A stretch of 61,818 bases of DNA, the filler included, from Choristocarpus tenellus KU-1152 (Eukaryota; Protista; Phaeophyceae): NCBI GenBank assembly GCA_964200185.2. It is 4 parts of 4 records of this genome, joined end to end, with 100 filler letters (N's around TTAATTAATTAA, not from the genome) between each part and the next. Parts side by side here need not be neighbours in the genome. Positions count along the whole stretch, not along the records: positions 1 to 21,411 come from CAXNAD020000347.1; 3 more parts are not named here. One strand, 5' to 3'. The position numbers and the translations under genes were made by a program. Under the pieces are notes generated by a model. It searched no databases. It had not been told where the DNA came from and worked only from the letters and a program-made list of their open reading frames with translations. Positions 1-13,577 of this stretch are shown in pieces; the stretch's first letter is position 1, and each line of letters opens with the position of its first letter.

Positions 1-432
1 GGGGGTGTTGGTAATGGCAGCTGCGGGCCGATGGTTGGCAACACTCAGGGGAAGCCCACTTCAGGGGGCCCTGCACCCACAACATTACCCATGTCCCTAT
101 CCTCTGCGGCACTGCATCAAGCGCACTTTCTGAGGGCAAATGAATCGCTGAGGTCTCGAGGCTTGACAGCAGTGGTGGCAGGTTGCAACTTGCGAGGCGT
201 TCTTGATGGGAGAACCGGTAGTGTTGAGTTTGATGGAAGGAGAGGGGTGGGAGGTAGCTTGGGGATTGCTGGTACTGGTGTTTCAGTAACGGGGAGGACG
301 TCTGGAGATGATCCAGATGCTGGTGCTGGGAGACAAGAGAGGCTGAGGCAGGGGTTAAGAGGATCAAAGTCCCCACCGCGGCAGTGGGATGTAGCTGTGG
401 AGGTTTCGCCCAAGGTGCGCTTGCAGGGATGA
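1..432 (+). CDS. Probable terminal coding exon of a gene starting upstream of the window (Gly/Ser/Pro-rich, unknown function)
   Basis: The frame is open from position 1 to TGA at 430-432, GC-rich and codon-like. It is followed by an abrupt shift to T-rich, UTR-like sequence. No recognisable domain; a donor at 415 (aag|gtgcgc) is an alternative end. Confidence 0.5.
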   Translation, partial: GGVGNGSCGPMVGNTQGKPTSGGPAPTTLPMSLSSAALHQAHFLRANESLRSRGLTAVVAGCNLRGVLDGRTGSVEFDGRRGVGGSLGIAGTGVSVTGRTSGDDPDAGAGRQERLRQGLRGSKSPPRQWDVAVEVSPKVRLQG

Positions 433-3400
433 TTTCTGGGATAGTTTCTGGAATGCTCTGTTCACTCAACCTCTCTTTCCTTTCATGATTCCGTCAACAT
501 GCTTGGGAACTATATTTAATGGCCTGGCATGTTTGTGACCACAAGATGATGGCCTTGCTATGGCATGATTGTCAATGTGTGTGTGTGTGTTTGTAATGCT
601 TTTTCTGTTCTTTTATTTCCCTTGTAATGGATTATTCCCACTGGAGACCTTTTTGTACCGATTCACTGATTGCTAGCCTTTTCCCCCCTCATCTTTTAAG
701 TGTTTTAATGGATTTTCCTTTTGTGGCACAGAAAATTCCAAACACATTGATCAAATCGAGTTTGTAAAGGTGTAATTTGCATGAATTCAGCATCATCATT
801 CAATATCCATGTTACGCTTCATTTTTTCCCTTTATCAGCAATAGTTTTGTTGAATCTAGTCTTGATATTATTGGTTTGTAGCTAAGTGGTATTGTACTGG
901 GTATTATGAGGAGATGTAAATCATGCCATCCTCTCTACTCCTGTCATGGTTGTTGTGAAAGTAGTTTGTTCATACTCTGAGAATCACCAACAGTGAACAT
1001 GCCTGCCTTTTGCGTTGTGAATGGCACTATGAGTCTGAAACATCTACGGCATAGTTTGTGGACTCTTTTTGATTCAAAAAGTGTGAAGAAAAAGACCTAC
1101 TGGTAGCGCCAACTATGGCAGCTTAGGATGCTAAAGTTCCTGAAGCGCTCTATGGCTATGGTAAATTTGATGCTTTCTTTTTTCCGCCTTGCTGAATGCG
1201 GACAACACTTCTGTGCAGGAAATAGTTGTCTTACTATCATGGATTGAGCAACCAAGAGAAGTTACGCCTGATCACGGTTGTTACTTTCCACCCTTCAATC
1301 CCATTTGTTGGTCTGTGATCCCTGCTTGCATGTCAGACTTGCGACTTTGAAGGACAACCAAACTCAGGGATGATGGATCTAGGCAGAGTGGCATGCTTGC
1401 TTTTCAAGGGCCTTGACGTCGAACAGCCAGACAGAATAAATTCCACAGTTACTGCTATGTTCGGAGTGGATGGAGCACATTGTGTGGGCAAGGTGGCGGG
1501 CCCATTGCAGGCACGTGCCTTGTACATAGTCACACGAACCTCTTAAAAGTAGTCCACAGCATGCGCTCTGTCTTTGGCATAGGTCGATGTCCTCTCTCCT
1601 AATGTCACCGTTAGGATTTTTGTAGCAGTGCGGGAAGGAGAAAGGTTGAGGGTTCACGGGTCTATTGTGAGGCTTTTCTTCCTTTGAAAATTAGGTGTTG
1701 CAGCCTTGAGGATATGTTTTTGATGACTCTTTCACTTGACGCTCAGTCAATTTGGGAAGCTCACGTAGGGGTTGCAAAATTTCCTGCTTCCTTCAATATC
1801 AAGCCTTTATTGGAATGCAAGTCAGCTATTGAAGTTGATGCGGGCAATCAATACACTAATGGTACAATGGTGGACATGATGAGATTCTGCCCCCCACTCA
1901 GAACACCCCCCTAACCTGTATGATAAACCTCTTATGCTTGGTTCTCTGCTTGCTTCTGCGTCCCCTCCCTCTTGACTGTCTACTTGTTTGGGAATTGAAC
2001 CTGATACCAAAACAGTCAATGCCTGGAGGAAATTCAAAGGTGGATTTGCAGTTTCCAAGCATGCTTGAGATTTGGTCTGACATTTACAGAGCATCAAATG
2101 TCAGGGTTGTTGAGGTGAGAGAAATATGTGTGTGAGAGATGAAGTGAGTTCTCCAGTGTACATGAAATGAAATTGTTTCAGTGTGTTTTGTTCAGTGGTT
2201 TGGAAATATTCTTGTGGTTTAGCCGGAGGAATGTTTGGACCATGCAAGAATTCCTTGAATGTGTGTGTTGAATTGCTTGAAACTTCACCTGTAAATGTTT
2301 TTGTGTCACAGCTTGCCGACATTCAGTTATTTTCCCTGTTTAGAAAAGCCCTTGACTTTGTGTGTGTGTGTGTGTGTGTGTGTTTTACATCATTCGTTAG
2401 AGGGAAAAAAATGATCGAACATGTTTTCTGTAGAAACCAGTGCAGATCTGTTGAAATGCTTTCTGGGGGCTGGAAAGAGTAACCTATGTGGGGGATGTCC
2501 AGATTGTGCATATTTGTAGGGTGTGCTGGGTTGATGCTCCCTTTGATTGGAGGGGAAAAATTGACAACGTGTTGATTGGTGAGGGCGGAGGAGATTTGAT
2601 TGCCTAGATATTAAAAATGGCAATTGTTTGCATGATTTGCATGGAGAATTGTGTGATAATATCCTTGCTATGTTAGTGTTAAGGTTACCTCTTTATTCGT
2701 TATCAGATTTTTTATTACCCTCCCCACCCCGCATGGCCCATACCTTGCTTGACAGGTGGATGTGGTAATTGAGGTATCTTGTGAGTCTGGTGGGCAGCAG
2801 TGGTCTGGCCCCCACCTTAAGGTTTGTTTTTTCTTCAATATTGTTGTATTGTGTTTGATTAGGGTTAGGGAGAGGGAGTGTGGTGTACAATAACTTAATG
2901 GCCGCTTCAGCAGTACTATATCCATTTGCCAATTGTGTTTGATAGCTAGGGGTGCAGATTCCTTTTACTGGTCTATGCTTGTGAGGATGGTATCGCAAGG
3001 ATCATACATATGTTAAGGTGTTGATTTGCACAGGGTTCCCCTTTGTTAATCACACTTTCTACATGTTACTTTATGACTCTAAGTAATTTTTCTTGTGTTT
3101 TTAGGATCTGGGTGAATTGTGAAATCCTGTTGAGTCGGCTGGGCTGTGCATTGACTGGGTTGTGACTTGAGGTTGAAGTCGTTAATGCATTGATAATACA
3201 GTTGAGATTGGTTGGTTGGGTCCAGGCACATGTTCGTCGTAAGGGAAGAGGAGTACTGCTGGCTGGGACTGGGTATGGTTAGAGATAATGTGCTTGTGGA
3301 CTATTTCTCATACTATCTTGAAGTTGTGTGTGAAAATGTGTCACTGAGGAGAAGGATGAGATGTGAGTTTTTTTATGTGCCACATGTTTCATATTCCTGC

Positions 3401-3989
3401 AAGGTGCCCTTTGTGTGCCCTTTGTGTGTATATATGATGCACAGACAATAGCAAACTTCCTATATGGACTGATTGGATAGTTGCCCCTCCAATTTATCGA
3501 TGATTAAAGTAGAGTGACTGAATGTATGCAGTTAGTGCCAATTTACGGCTCAAGAGGTGGGTCTTTGTTCCTGGATTTTTGCAAGGTTTTGCTTGTTTGA
3601 CCTTATTTTGCATGCACATATGTGTACCTATGGGGATTTTTTGGTGCTTGAAACACATATTTTTTGAATAGGATGCTCTCAACTACAGTGCACTGCTAAG
3701 TCTATTTTTTACTTGTAATGAGTCAACCGATTCTGTCAGGAGTGTTCTATCCATGATGCAGTTTTGTCATTAGAGACATAGGTGGAACAGCCATGGTTAG
3801 AATTTATCACCTCGATCTTCCTCTGTCTGTCCTCTGCTAGCACCCTTTCCTTCAAGTACTAACCAAGAAGTGAATATGAACTCTCTGGGGATGAGGAGAC
3901 CATGCCATTTACAAATGCTCATTTTTTCTTCATATTACTACCGCATTAAATTCCCCACCCACTGTCCCCTTCTCTCAATCTTCTGCTGC

Positions 3990-5330
3990 TGATGGTAGGT
4001 TACCTATCAGCGGTCTGAGTTTGGCCTGGAGGTGGAGGAAGGAGGGTTAGAGGAGGCAGTACTGTCCTCAGTAAGAGTCGACAATCAGTCAGAGGGGACA
4101 AAAGGAGTTGTTGGGCAAGGTACACCAATGGATGATGATGAGTCAATGGAGGAATCATACAGGTGATCCTTATCTCTTATACCCTGCCCTGATATTTTCA
4201 GGAGGGGACGCACTGTCTTGATGAGAGCATGCAATTTTTGTAATGCAGGTTTGGTACTAGAAGGTTGACGGAAGTCTGTTGCCTCTTTGGTTATTTTAGG
4301 TTTTGTTGTTGGACTTTCTTTGCCCATGGGTTGTGAGAGAGTGATGACCTATGTCTGTAACACCTCCTTGCAATGTGTAAAATAGAAATGAGATAGGAAG
4401 ATCAAATCCTGGCTGGACTGTTTCCCTGACTCCCTATACCTGGAACACAAAAAACTGTGAAAGACAGCGGGGTTCAGGAAAGGGGTTCAAGGAGAAGATG
4501 CAAAGATTGAAATGAATACTTGGGGAGAGCATATGGCTAGTGGGGTGATGGCCCATGGATTATGCTGAGTACAAACTTGGTCTCCGATTTCGTCAAATAT
4601 TGAGATATCACTTTATCTCTGGGGCAGAAAGTTGTGAGGGACTCTTTGCCCTGGTTGAACATAGTATCTGATTATTCGACAAAGTGCAGAGGTCGGGGGT
4701 CCTACCTGATTTCATTCATGTGCCATTACATCACCCCAGCAGTTGTGTGCTCTCCCTTATTTGCGATTTTCGTGTAGCCCGTTATCAGAACCCTAACCCT
4801 CAGAGTCTATTATCTTCGTCCTCTTGTAGGGAGTTCGGTTGGGAAAGGCGGTCCAGTCGGGATCTGAACTTACGGCCTGCTGCGGCGTCAATATTTGATA
4901 TGCATGTCAACCTCTGCTGACAATGCAAGGAAGTTTGCTTTGATGAAAAGTTGAGTGATGTCAAATGTTGTTGTGTTCCCGCACTTTGATTCCTTGTTCC
5001 CACAGGTTATGCCTGCCCCCTTTATTTCTCTCCCTGTGTGTTGCATGATTCAGCTGTGGAAGCCTCTCTTGCAACAACTGGTTGTCAGATATGTTCACAT
5101 CGGTATCGTCTGTGTTCAGTGCTGGTGCCTGCGGAGGGCAGCAGTTCCTGGACGATGAAGATGATGCAATGGTTGCAGCAATGCACTCTTGATTGTATTT
5201 TTTTTCCTGACGGGGCGACCTGAACCTAGTCTCCAAGCCCTGGCTTACGCCTTGTGGTTTTGGTGTTACCTTGTGCTCTATGGTGAGTGGGGTCTGTGAC
5301 ACTTGCGGCGTGCTTCCTGCAACCGGTCGG
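3990..5330 (-). mobile_element. Decayed non-LTR retrotransposon fragments (CRE-like, tentative)
   Basis: Broken minus-strand ORFs (4085-4327, 4800-5003, 4961-5302) resemble the N-terminal and RT-to-RLE spacer regions of RLE-type elements. No catalytic motif is intact. Confidence 0.3.
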
Positions 5331-7019
5331 AAGGCTCCATGCGTAAGTGTCTACATTATGTAGTGCAGATGACTGTGTACCCTCCATTTTGTCTTTCTAG
5401 ACAAGATCAGTTCTCCCCTATTCCTTATCGTAGGAATAAAATTTTGGTTTTTTTTCTCTCGGAACTGTTGTACCTCCCAGGATTGTGTTTTGCTTGTAGT
5501 GGGAAATGCCCCTCTTTCTGTGGGTATAGTGCAAGGGTCAGAACCACTGTCGTTTCGTATTTTATGGTTCAATAGATTGTGTGTGCGTTGTTTGTTTGTA
5601 CTTCAATATAAGCATGCTGCTTGCTTCCACTGTTGATGTGATGACCTGAGTGGGACAGAGTGCTATGATTTGCCCAAGGGTTACCCATAAACGGTGCGGG
5701 TAGATATTTTTGGTGCTAGGTGTTGTCGGGTTTGGGTTTGTGTCTGGGAGGGCGAATCTTTGAACGTTCTGCAGGTGATGATTGAACTCAGTGGAATGCA
5801 GCATGCGTATAATCTGGAGAATGTAGGTGTATGATGAAGATTTTGGCTTTGGGGATGTGGGTACCCTCTACCCTTTGGTGGTATTTGATATTTTTTTACT
5901 GTAAAGGCTATATGTCGAGAGGTTAGATCTACAGCAGCTTGGTCATCCTTGTCCAAGGCACCTCTGGAAGGAGCATGCGAGTGCGGTAGCAAGCAGATGC
6001 ATGAACTATTCTGCTTTGTGTATTGTCCTACATGCCTCCTTTGTCCAGCGATTGTTTTTAGTACACAATAGTGTCTGTGGACACATATGTATGTAAGCAT
6101 ATACTCAGAAAAGTTACATACAAAGACATTGTCGAAGAGGACCAAAGTATCCTAGGTAGGTAGTATTGTGCCTGCAATGAATTCGTGCTTGAGTTTGTGA
6201 TTTATTTTGTTTTTGAAGTGAGTGTTGGTGCACTATTAATACTTCGTATTATAATGCTCAAGAAAACACGTGGAAATATTTTGTGACAGAATCAGGCGGT
6301 TCCAAATCCTATCCGTCGACAATTATATTCCCAGCCCTCTCCACATGGCACAGTGAGGTTGCATCAACCCTGGTTCTTCACAATGGTCCTTGTGCTTGAG
6401 TGGAGCCCACTACTCATTTCTGTTTCACATTTTCTTGCCCTTTTGCTTCCTTTCACATGCAATGAAGGTTCACTCTGTGTGGGATTACGCAATCAATCAT
6501 ATTCCACTTAGTTGTCTACAAAAACACATAAATGAGAAGATGAAAATGGAGGCAGCTCATCAAGCCGAACTCCAAATTATTGATGTACTGGCTGGTCTTC
6601 GTGCCCGTCTTCTTTAATAGTGCAGGAATTGATTTTTAATGGCAAGCCGTTCCCTTTTGAAATAGGGTTCTCCATCTCATGCCTCTGCATTGTCTGCTCT
6701 GAAGATTGAGGAAGCAACTTGGAAGGACCAGGTACGATACGATGGTGAAATTTGGGGGGTGAGTGGAGTAATATTGGTCCTTCTGTAGAGGCCCTGAGTC
6801 AAATCAATTGAGAGGTAGGCAGGTTTGGATGCTTTTGCTTTCTAGGTCGTCTTTCTTAGTCTGTGCAATGCACTCTATTTCATCGCTTTATTTGCACAGT
6901 AGTGTATGTGAAATTGATATTCCTACTTTTCACACACAAAGTGACACCACAATTCAGCAAAGGCTCTTTCTGTAATTGTAAAAATGTCGATCCTTCTGCC
7001 CTTTCTCAGAATCCTTAAA

Positions 7020-8830
7020 GTGCAACCTTGCCTCTCAGTTGGTTTGCCTCTGTGCTTTCGCACGTCAGCCAAAGCAGCAGTTTCACCATTGCTGGTGGTG
7101 GATAGGTGGGGTAGATGATAGGCTGCTTGGACTAATAAAACGGCAACGCCCAGAAGGCCATTGTCGGAGTAGGGAGCTGTGCCAGTGCATCTGAAGGTGC
7201 CCTAGCATGGAACACCACATCCACGCCGGAGTTCCTGTCCACTGTAAGCTGACTGCCAACCTCCATAGTGGAAGGGATGCCCATTCCCATGCAGAGTTGG
7301 CTTGGGGGTTTCATCATGGTCGTGTGCTGTTATACCTGTCCTCCCAGCCTAAGGCAGGTGTGCTGGTATGTTGGGTGTCGACAGACATTATGCCTCCTGC
7401 ACCCAGCAACTGGTCACCTATTTGATACCACCTCCTCACTCACTAAAGATCAGGTGGCAGCAAGTCTAAACTCTACAGGAGGAATCTGGTGTGCTAGCTC
7501 TAGGGGTTGTGTGGAGGCCCTTGCATTGGCCCCTTGCCCACACTGCATCTGGTGGTGAGATAGCACTTGTGAAGAACGTTCCCTCCTTTGTCCCTCTGAA
7601 TCATCCAAAAGTTTGGTCAGTTATGTCCAGAAGGAATCGAAACAGATCCTGTCAGAAGGCGGGTGAGTTCGTGCTGTGCCCTTCTCATGATTCTGGCATC
7701 ATGAGTCGCTATATAGTATAGTGTGGACCTTCAGGACAGGGACGGGGGCATTATGACAAAAATAGCATTGGGCATTACAAACAAGTCAAATTGTACACAC
7801 AACGTGAACAAGATAACCTCGATTTTTTTCACTCAGTATGTGGTTTTGACATTTCAATTTTGTCGAAAGGTTGTGATCATCACTACGATTCACTACCGTG
7901 CCGAATGATGTTTGCCAAAATGATTGGATTACAGGCAATTAATTGTGAAGGTTCTTGCCAAGTCTACACAGCCTTGGCCAATGATTCCTACCAAGTCTTC
8001 CGAAGGTACTCTTGATGAGAGAAGGATATGGATTGACAATCCTACAACCTGGACTTTGGGCTTACACAAATGGCCTGGGTAAAACCTCTTCATGGGGTCC
8101 TTGTTGCCTTGCTAGGAGTAGGGAGAGTGGATATTAGTGTAGCCACAAAAGCTGCATGCTCGTGGTGTCCCATTGAGGATAGGCTCAGACCTCTGAACTT
8201 GTTTTGGTGTGGTTCAAGGTGAAGAGACCAATTTTCACCCCACCCCATCAAAGAAGTGAGTGGCTCTGACTGAGTCTGCCACCTCCAGAGTCCACAGTGA
8301 GATGTTGTCAGCCTGTTCCATGGTGGAGTACCAGGTGGGGAGGAATGCCTCACCAAGTAGCCCTAATGGGAAGAGGGGGACCAGGTGTTGAGGAGTCGGG
8401 GCAACTTGTTTTTCCTCCATCTCACTCACGTGTGTGGCCAGTATTTGTGAGTCTGAGGTCTTGATCACCCCAGCCATGAGGGCTTCAATAAATTCGTCTG
8501 TCCGTACCGGAGTCCCTAGTGTGACAAAACCATTTAGATCCGGAGCCAGGTTGATTCCCATGGTAGCTAGGAGTTCCAGTTCCGAGGGCTTGGTTGGGCT
8601 GCTGGCCCTGGGGTGGTTCAGCTTAGGTGTTATCTGTGTCTAACACTATGCCCACCTTGTACAGGTCCTTGTTAAGCTGCTCAAAGCAGTTATGCCAGTG
8701 GAGAGTATCTCCCGAATGGAGATGGATGTGTCTTCCAGGAACCTTCGGGAGGAATCTCGTGGGGTCCAGAGGTAGACTGGACATGGTGGAGAGGTTCACA
8801 TCATCCCCAGATTATACTTGGAGTAATAGA
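7020..8830 (-). mobile_element. Degenerate CRE-like (RLE-type) non-LTR retrotransposon
   Basis: Motifs occur in the expected order on the minus strand: 'DDVNL' (RT YxDD remnant, ~8800), 'GFVTLGTPVRTDEF' (cf. CRE GxxxLGxPxGxxxF), 'FRGLSLSS...AAFVAT' (cf. GGLGL...AAFxAS), 'HTCLRLGG' (zinc-knuckle remnant) and 'MGIPSTMEV...VDVVF' (RLE region). Multiple stops and frameshifts. Confidence 0.6.
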
Positions 8831-9849
8831 TATTATGCACTCTATCATTTTGCAGCTGATAGATGTGTGGAGGAAAATGAAACCAAAATTATATTGCAGG
8901 GGCTACTGTTAATAATACGGTGAAGACAATGGGCCATTCAATTGTCAATCCTAAGATGCGTCTGATCTCTCTCGAAAAATATGAACCATTCCAAAACTAC
9001 AATGCGACAATGTCCCCTTCATAGATCGCTCACTACAAAGTAGTAATACAGTGTACACTGTTGTGCTTCTAACCTAGCTTAGACCTACGAAGGTGTGAGA
9101 GGGGCTGGGGAAGTATGCCAAGAATAAGCCTTCAAGGTCCCTTCTTGCGTACTTGTTTGGCGTCTCTATTATATTACTATAACGCATATCATAACTATTT
9201 TTGTTTGACCAGAAACGAGAGGCTTCATTTTTCTCTTTAATAAGACAGTACTATTTTGTTCGGACCCCACTATTCTTACGTCCTATCTCTCTGCCATTTC
9301 ACTTCTTCGCTTTATTTTATCAATACTGACACTTTTTTGTCCAGCCTTACCCATCCTCTCATTTATGGTCGGTCTTGGTCCATCTGGTTCGCCTTGCCTG
9401 ATGACACCCTTTCCCTTGGTCGGTGAACCACGCCTTCACACAACCATACGGTTCACATCATATATGTAGGACCGTAAGAGATGTGCCCGGACCAGAATGT
9501 GGGTCAAGGTCTAGGTTCGTGCAGCCGGTCCGGTCAACTCGAGGTACAGTGAAAAGTCCCTATTGTCTGTCCTTCAAAATTTCCATTTACATGATGAACA
9601 CGAAGAGAGAAAAAGTTTGCACCAACAGCGTGTTATGATCGGTCACCCAACAAGTCGATGTAAGAGGAGATCAATCACAGGATGACCTTTACACTGCACG
9701 CTGCTGTTACCCATGTGACATCGAAAGTGTTGAGCTTCCCACTTGACATGTGGACTGAGTACTTTTAACCTTTCCCTTGCTTTTATGGCAGATCAGCGAG
9801 GGTGGATCAAATAACTCAGGACACGAAGAGATCCTTATGCGATATCGCT

Positions 9850-12800
9850 ATGCACGATAGTGTCGTGCAAGTTCCCGAAATCCCTGGTGCTGATAAGCAA
9901 GAGGATGGAAATTCTTGCTCTGAATCTACACCTCAATCCAAGAGTTTACCAGATACGACCTTAACAACGTCTTCGTTGGTGAACGGCATTGATACCCTGG
10001 GGATGAATACTGACGTTGAAGAGAATCGCAACAAAGCTATCATATACGTGAAGTATGAGGATGAGAGACAGCTGGATGACATTATGTCGCTAGTAGATCG
10101 AGACCTTTCTGAGCCGTACTCCATCTTCACTTATCGTTACTTTCTGCACCAGTGGCCAAATCTATGTTTCATAGTAAGTGAAGTACGGGTGTCTGGGATG
10201 AAGGGTTTCAATGATGAATTATATGCTGTCTATTTTGGCCTGTGTTCTTTTGTTTTGGCATTTGACGTTTTGGGTAGTGAGTTGCACATTCAGTTCTCGT
10301 TAGGTGAAAATTGAGGCTGACCTACAATTAACTCCCCGCATGAAGTTTCCCACACATATCGCTCAACAATCGTATCGATTTTTTATGACGAAGTCATATT
10401 AACCCATCCTATACCAGTACTTGCGTGATCCAGTATTCTTGATCGACCCATCTTTGTGCTGTGTCAAACCTATTTTATCCCAAATGATTGAATTCCCTTC
10501 GAAGTTGACGCCAATCCTATTCACATTGAAGTGTTCGATCACACTGTGTCTTTTTCTGTGCTGTCTTCGCTCGTTCTTCATCTGCCCACCAACAGTAATC
10601 TTTTGGTGACACAAATTGCGGTGGCAATGTTGTGTTCGTATGACGAACACGGCACAGAAATTTATTGGAGGTGTTCGGGGTAAAGTCAGTCGTCCTCCCT
10701 ATTTGTTGGTCCCATAAATCAATGCACACCTTTCGTCCTCTTTGGTTCATTTTTATGTATACGTGTGTTGGTAGCATGCCGTGTTAAATCGTCGTTACTG
10801 ATACCATTCCATTGTCCCAGTAACTGCCCTGGCCATCCTCCACACTCCACTGTATTGTTTATGTATCATATTAACCTTCACTAACTGTGATATCTTAACA
10901 TCCCACAGGCAAGAGCTGGAGGCCGAACTGTTGGGACAATTGTTGGAAAGGCAGAGCATGAGCATGATAAGGAACCGCTCTCAGGCTACATTGCGATGCT
11001 AGCTGTTGACACTGAGTATCGCAAGCATGGAATAGGTAGTGTTTTCCACGGTGTTACAGATTGTATGCAGAAATGCCATGAAATGTGATGGTTTAGTTTG
11101 TGCATATATGTATGGAATCTCACCAAATCTCTACCCTTTTCACTGCTCCAATAATATTTCAACAGTTGCTGCCTCTTGCTTTGCCCTTGCATCCCTCATG
11201 CACAAGCCCATCCACTATTGAGCATGGAGTTTATATTTTGACCGTGCTATGCTCAGACCCTCCCTGCTACTAGCTTTCAAATCGTTGGAGTTTTGGCCAG
11301 TGCTACTGGAAGAGTTAGGAAAAGATGTTGTCACACCTGGTTGGTTGGCAAGACAGGGTGTTGATGAAATTTAAATTGAGCATGTTTAAAGGTGAATATA
11401 TATTCAACTATCAGTGGTTCGCATTCGTACAGTTCCACTGAAAGAAGTTTGACGACTTTTTTATTGCTGCTTGTCATCCAGCCTGAAACGAAGAGTCTGT
11501 TTGAATCACTGTTCTTAATTTCTTGCCTGTTACTTCTTCTTCTTGCTGTCCATGCGCCCATTCATCCTTTTTGGTGCTCTGAACCTCTGTGTGTCTGGAG
11601 AAGGCACAGCCCTTGCGATGCTGGCAATCAAGGCCATGAAGGACATGGGTTGTGATGAGGTGAAGATGAAAGGTCCCACCTCACCAACTATTCAACAGTA
11701 TAACGTGCATCTAACACAATTGATGTCAAGTATTGTAGCGTATGAAATGGACACTTTCATGTGTATATGTGGGAATACATCATGCCACATTGTCAGCCTA
11801 GCCTTGTTTCACAAGCCCCTCCCTGACTTCCGTGATTGATGTAATGCTGTGTTTGTACTCTTGATGGCATCTGCATGCCATATGTGGTATGATTCACCTG
11901 GAGTATATTGCTTAATTTTTGCAACTATTTTGTTGTACTTATTAGGCGATTATATAGTGGAATCGTATTTTTAGCAACTACTACCACTGATCTTCTACCA
12001 GAAATGAGACTTGAATGAACCCATCAACCTTCACTAATATCATGAGTTTTATGCGACTGGTCATATTCGGCAATTACTTGAACTGGTTCGTCTTTTTGAT
12101 ATTGCAAGCACATTAGATACAGATACTTTGTGGTTTGGGTGTTCTTCAAGCCTACTGTTCCTTGGCCATCCCGACCAGCTAAATTATATTTCAGACAACA
12201 CAATGTTTACAATATGCTGCCTGCTGGTTGAAGATTGAACTATTCTGAAAGATGATGTTGTATGCATCACTCAAATAATTGGAAAACTCTTAGGTAAACC
12301 AGACACGATGGTAGATCCCCCCCAAAGATCCAGGACTCTGTTTTGGATGTTTCCAGCCTGAGCATTGGACAATATTTAGGTTTTGATCTTGCCAACAACT
12401 CTCACAAAACAGTTTTTAGCCCAGATTTTGCTTGAGCCTGTCAGGATGCAGACGATATTTTAAAATACCAAAATATTGGCAGTTATAAATACTAATTGTT
12501 GTCACTGTTGAGGTCACTCTAGCGTGAAGTTGCATTTTATTAAGGGGGACTAGCCTGTCAATCAATCCTCTTCTAGACTGATTTTGGAAAGATTGAACTA
12601 GATCTATAGACCGGTTTTTTGCAATCTCTTCATTAAATCTGGATCCAAACCCTTTGCTCTGAACAGCAGCTTTGAGACACTCTCTACTGACTTATGGTCA
12701 GATCATTTGACCCTAAGGAGATCATGTCAACGGTCTTCTTTCAAAATTCTGAACTCGATTTTTTCCTCAAGAACTCACTAAATTCACGCGATCGATCGAT

Positions 12801-13577
12801 ATATAAATATAATTGAAGGTTTGATTATGTACTCTCTAAAGTAGGTGTCAAAACAGTTTTATTTCAACTATTTTTCCAACTCCACAGAGTTAACTCAATT
12901 AAAAGCCCACTATCCAAGGTAAGTTTCACCATGCACTGCCCAATAGCGTACATGACTTACCAAAGTATGGATCAAGGTGCAGGAAGCACTCTTAAACAGT
13001 TTGCTAATGATATGATTGTGCATGCCGTACTAAAGAGACAAATTTCTTTATTTCTAGCGCAGCAAATATAATATGTTTGAGATATGCCACGTGGTATACT
13101 TTTCCTCTACCCCAATAGATCTAATCAAGAGGGTGATGGCAATTCCTAAAGCTTTCCAAGATATTGCCCAAGACTTTGGCAGTTTTATGTCGTTTGGACC
13201 GTTGTTGCTCTTTGGTCAACTTCAAAGTCCTTAAATCTCAAGGTTTTGCATGCGAACATATTTCTTGCTTCCATCTCTCTTTTCTACATCTCACTATGCA
13301 TCTGGAATATTCACATCCTTCTCGCTACCCCCCCCCCCCCCCCCCCCCCCCTCTCCCTTTTTTCAACCAGCGTCCGATCTCACACCAAGAACACAANNNN
13401 NNNNNNCCCCCCCTGCCTGTCATACTTTTGTGAACAAAGGTGGTCCTTGAGACAGAAGTAACCAACACTGGCGCACTGCACTTGTACCAGAAGCTGGGCT
13501 TCACCCGGAATGTTAGGCTTATCAAGTACTACCTCAATGGTGTAGATGCCTACCGATTGAAGCTATGGTTTCGGTAG
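9850..13577 (+). CDS. NAA30: N-alpha-acetyltransferase 30 (NatC catalytic subunit, MAK3); exons 9850-10173, 10909-11035, 11604-11659, 13440-13577
   Basis: The spliced translation contains the hallmark NAA30 motifs '[28 protein letters not shown]', '[22 protein letters not shown]' (acetyl-CoA binding motif) and '[25 protein letters not shown]...[16 protein letters not shown]'. All introns are GT-AG with consistent phases (0,1,0). The start codon at 9850 is a best guess; an upstream acceptor at 9791 suggests a further 5' exon. Confidence 0.96.

Noticed and set aside
6520-6732. Exon-like segment (MKMEAAHQAELQII...)
   Set aside because: Internal stops and no partner exons; cannot be assigned.
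13328-13413. Poly-C run and poly-Pro ORFs (also poly-G at ~21564-21588 as a G-quadruplex)
   Set aside because: Homopolymers beside assembly gaps; lengths are unreliable and the first is intronic.
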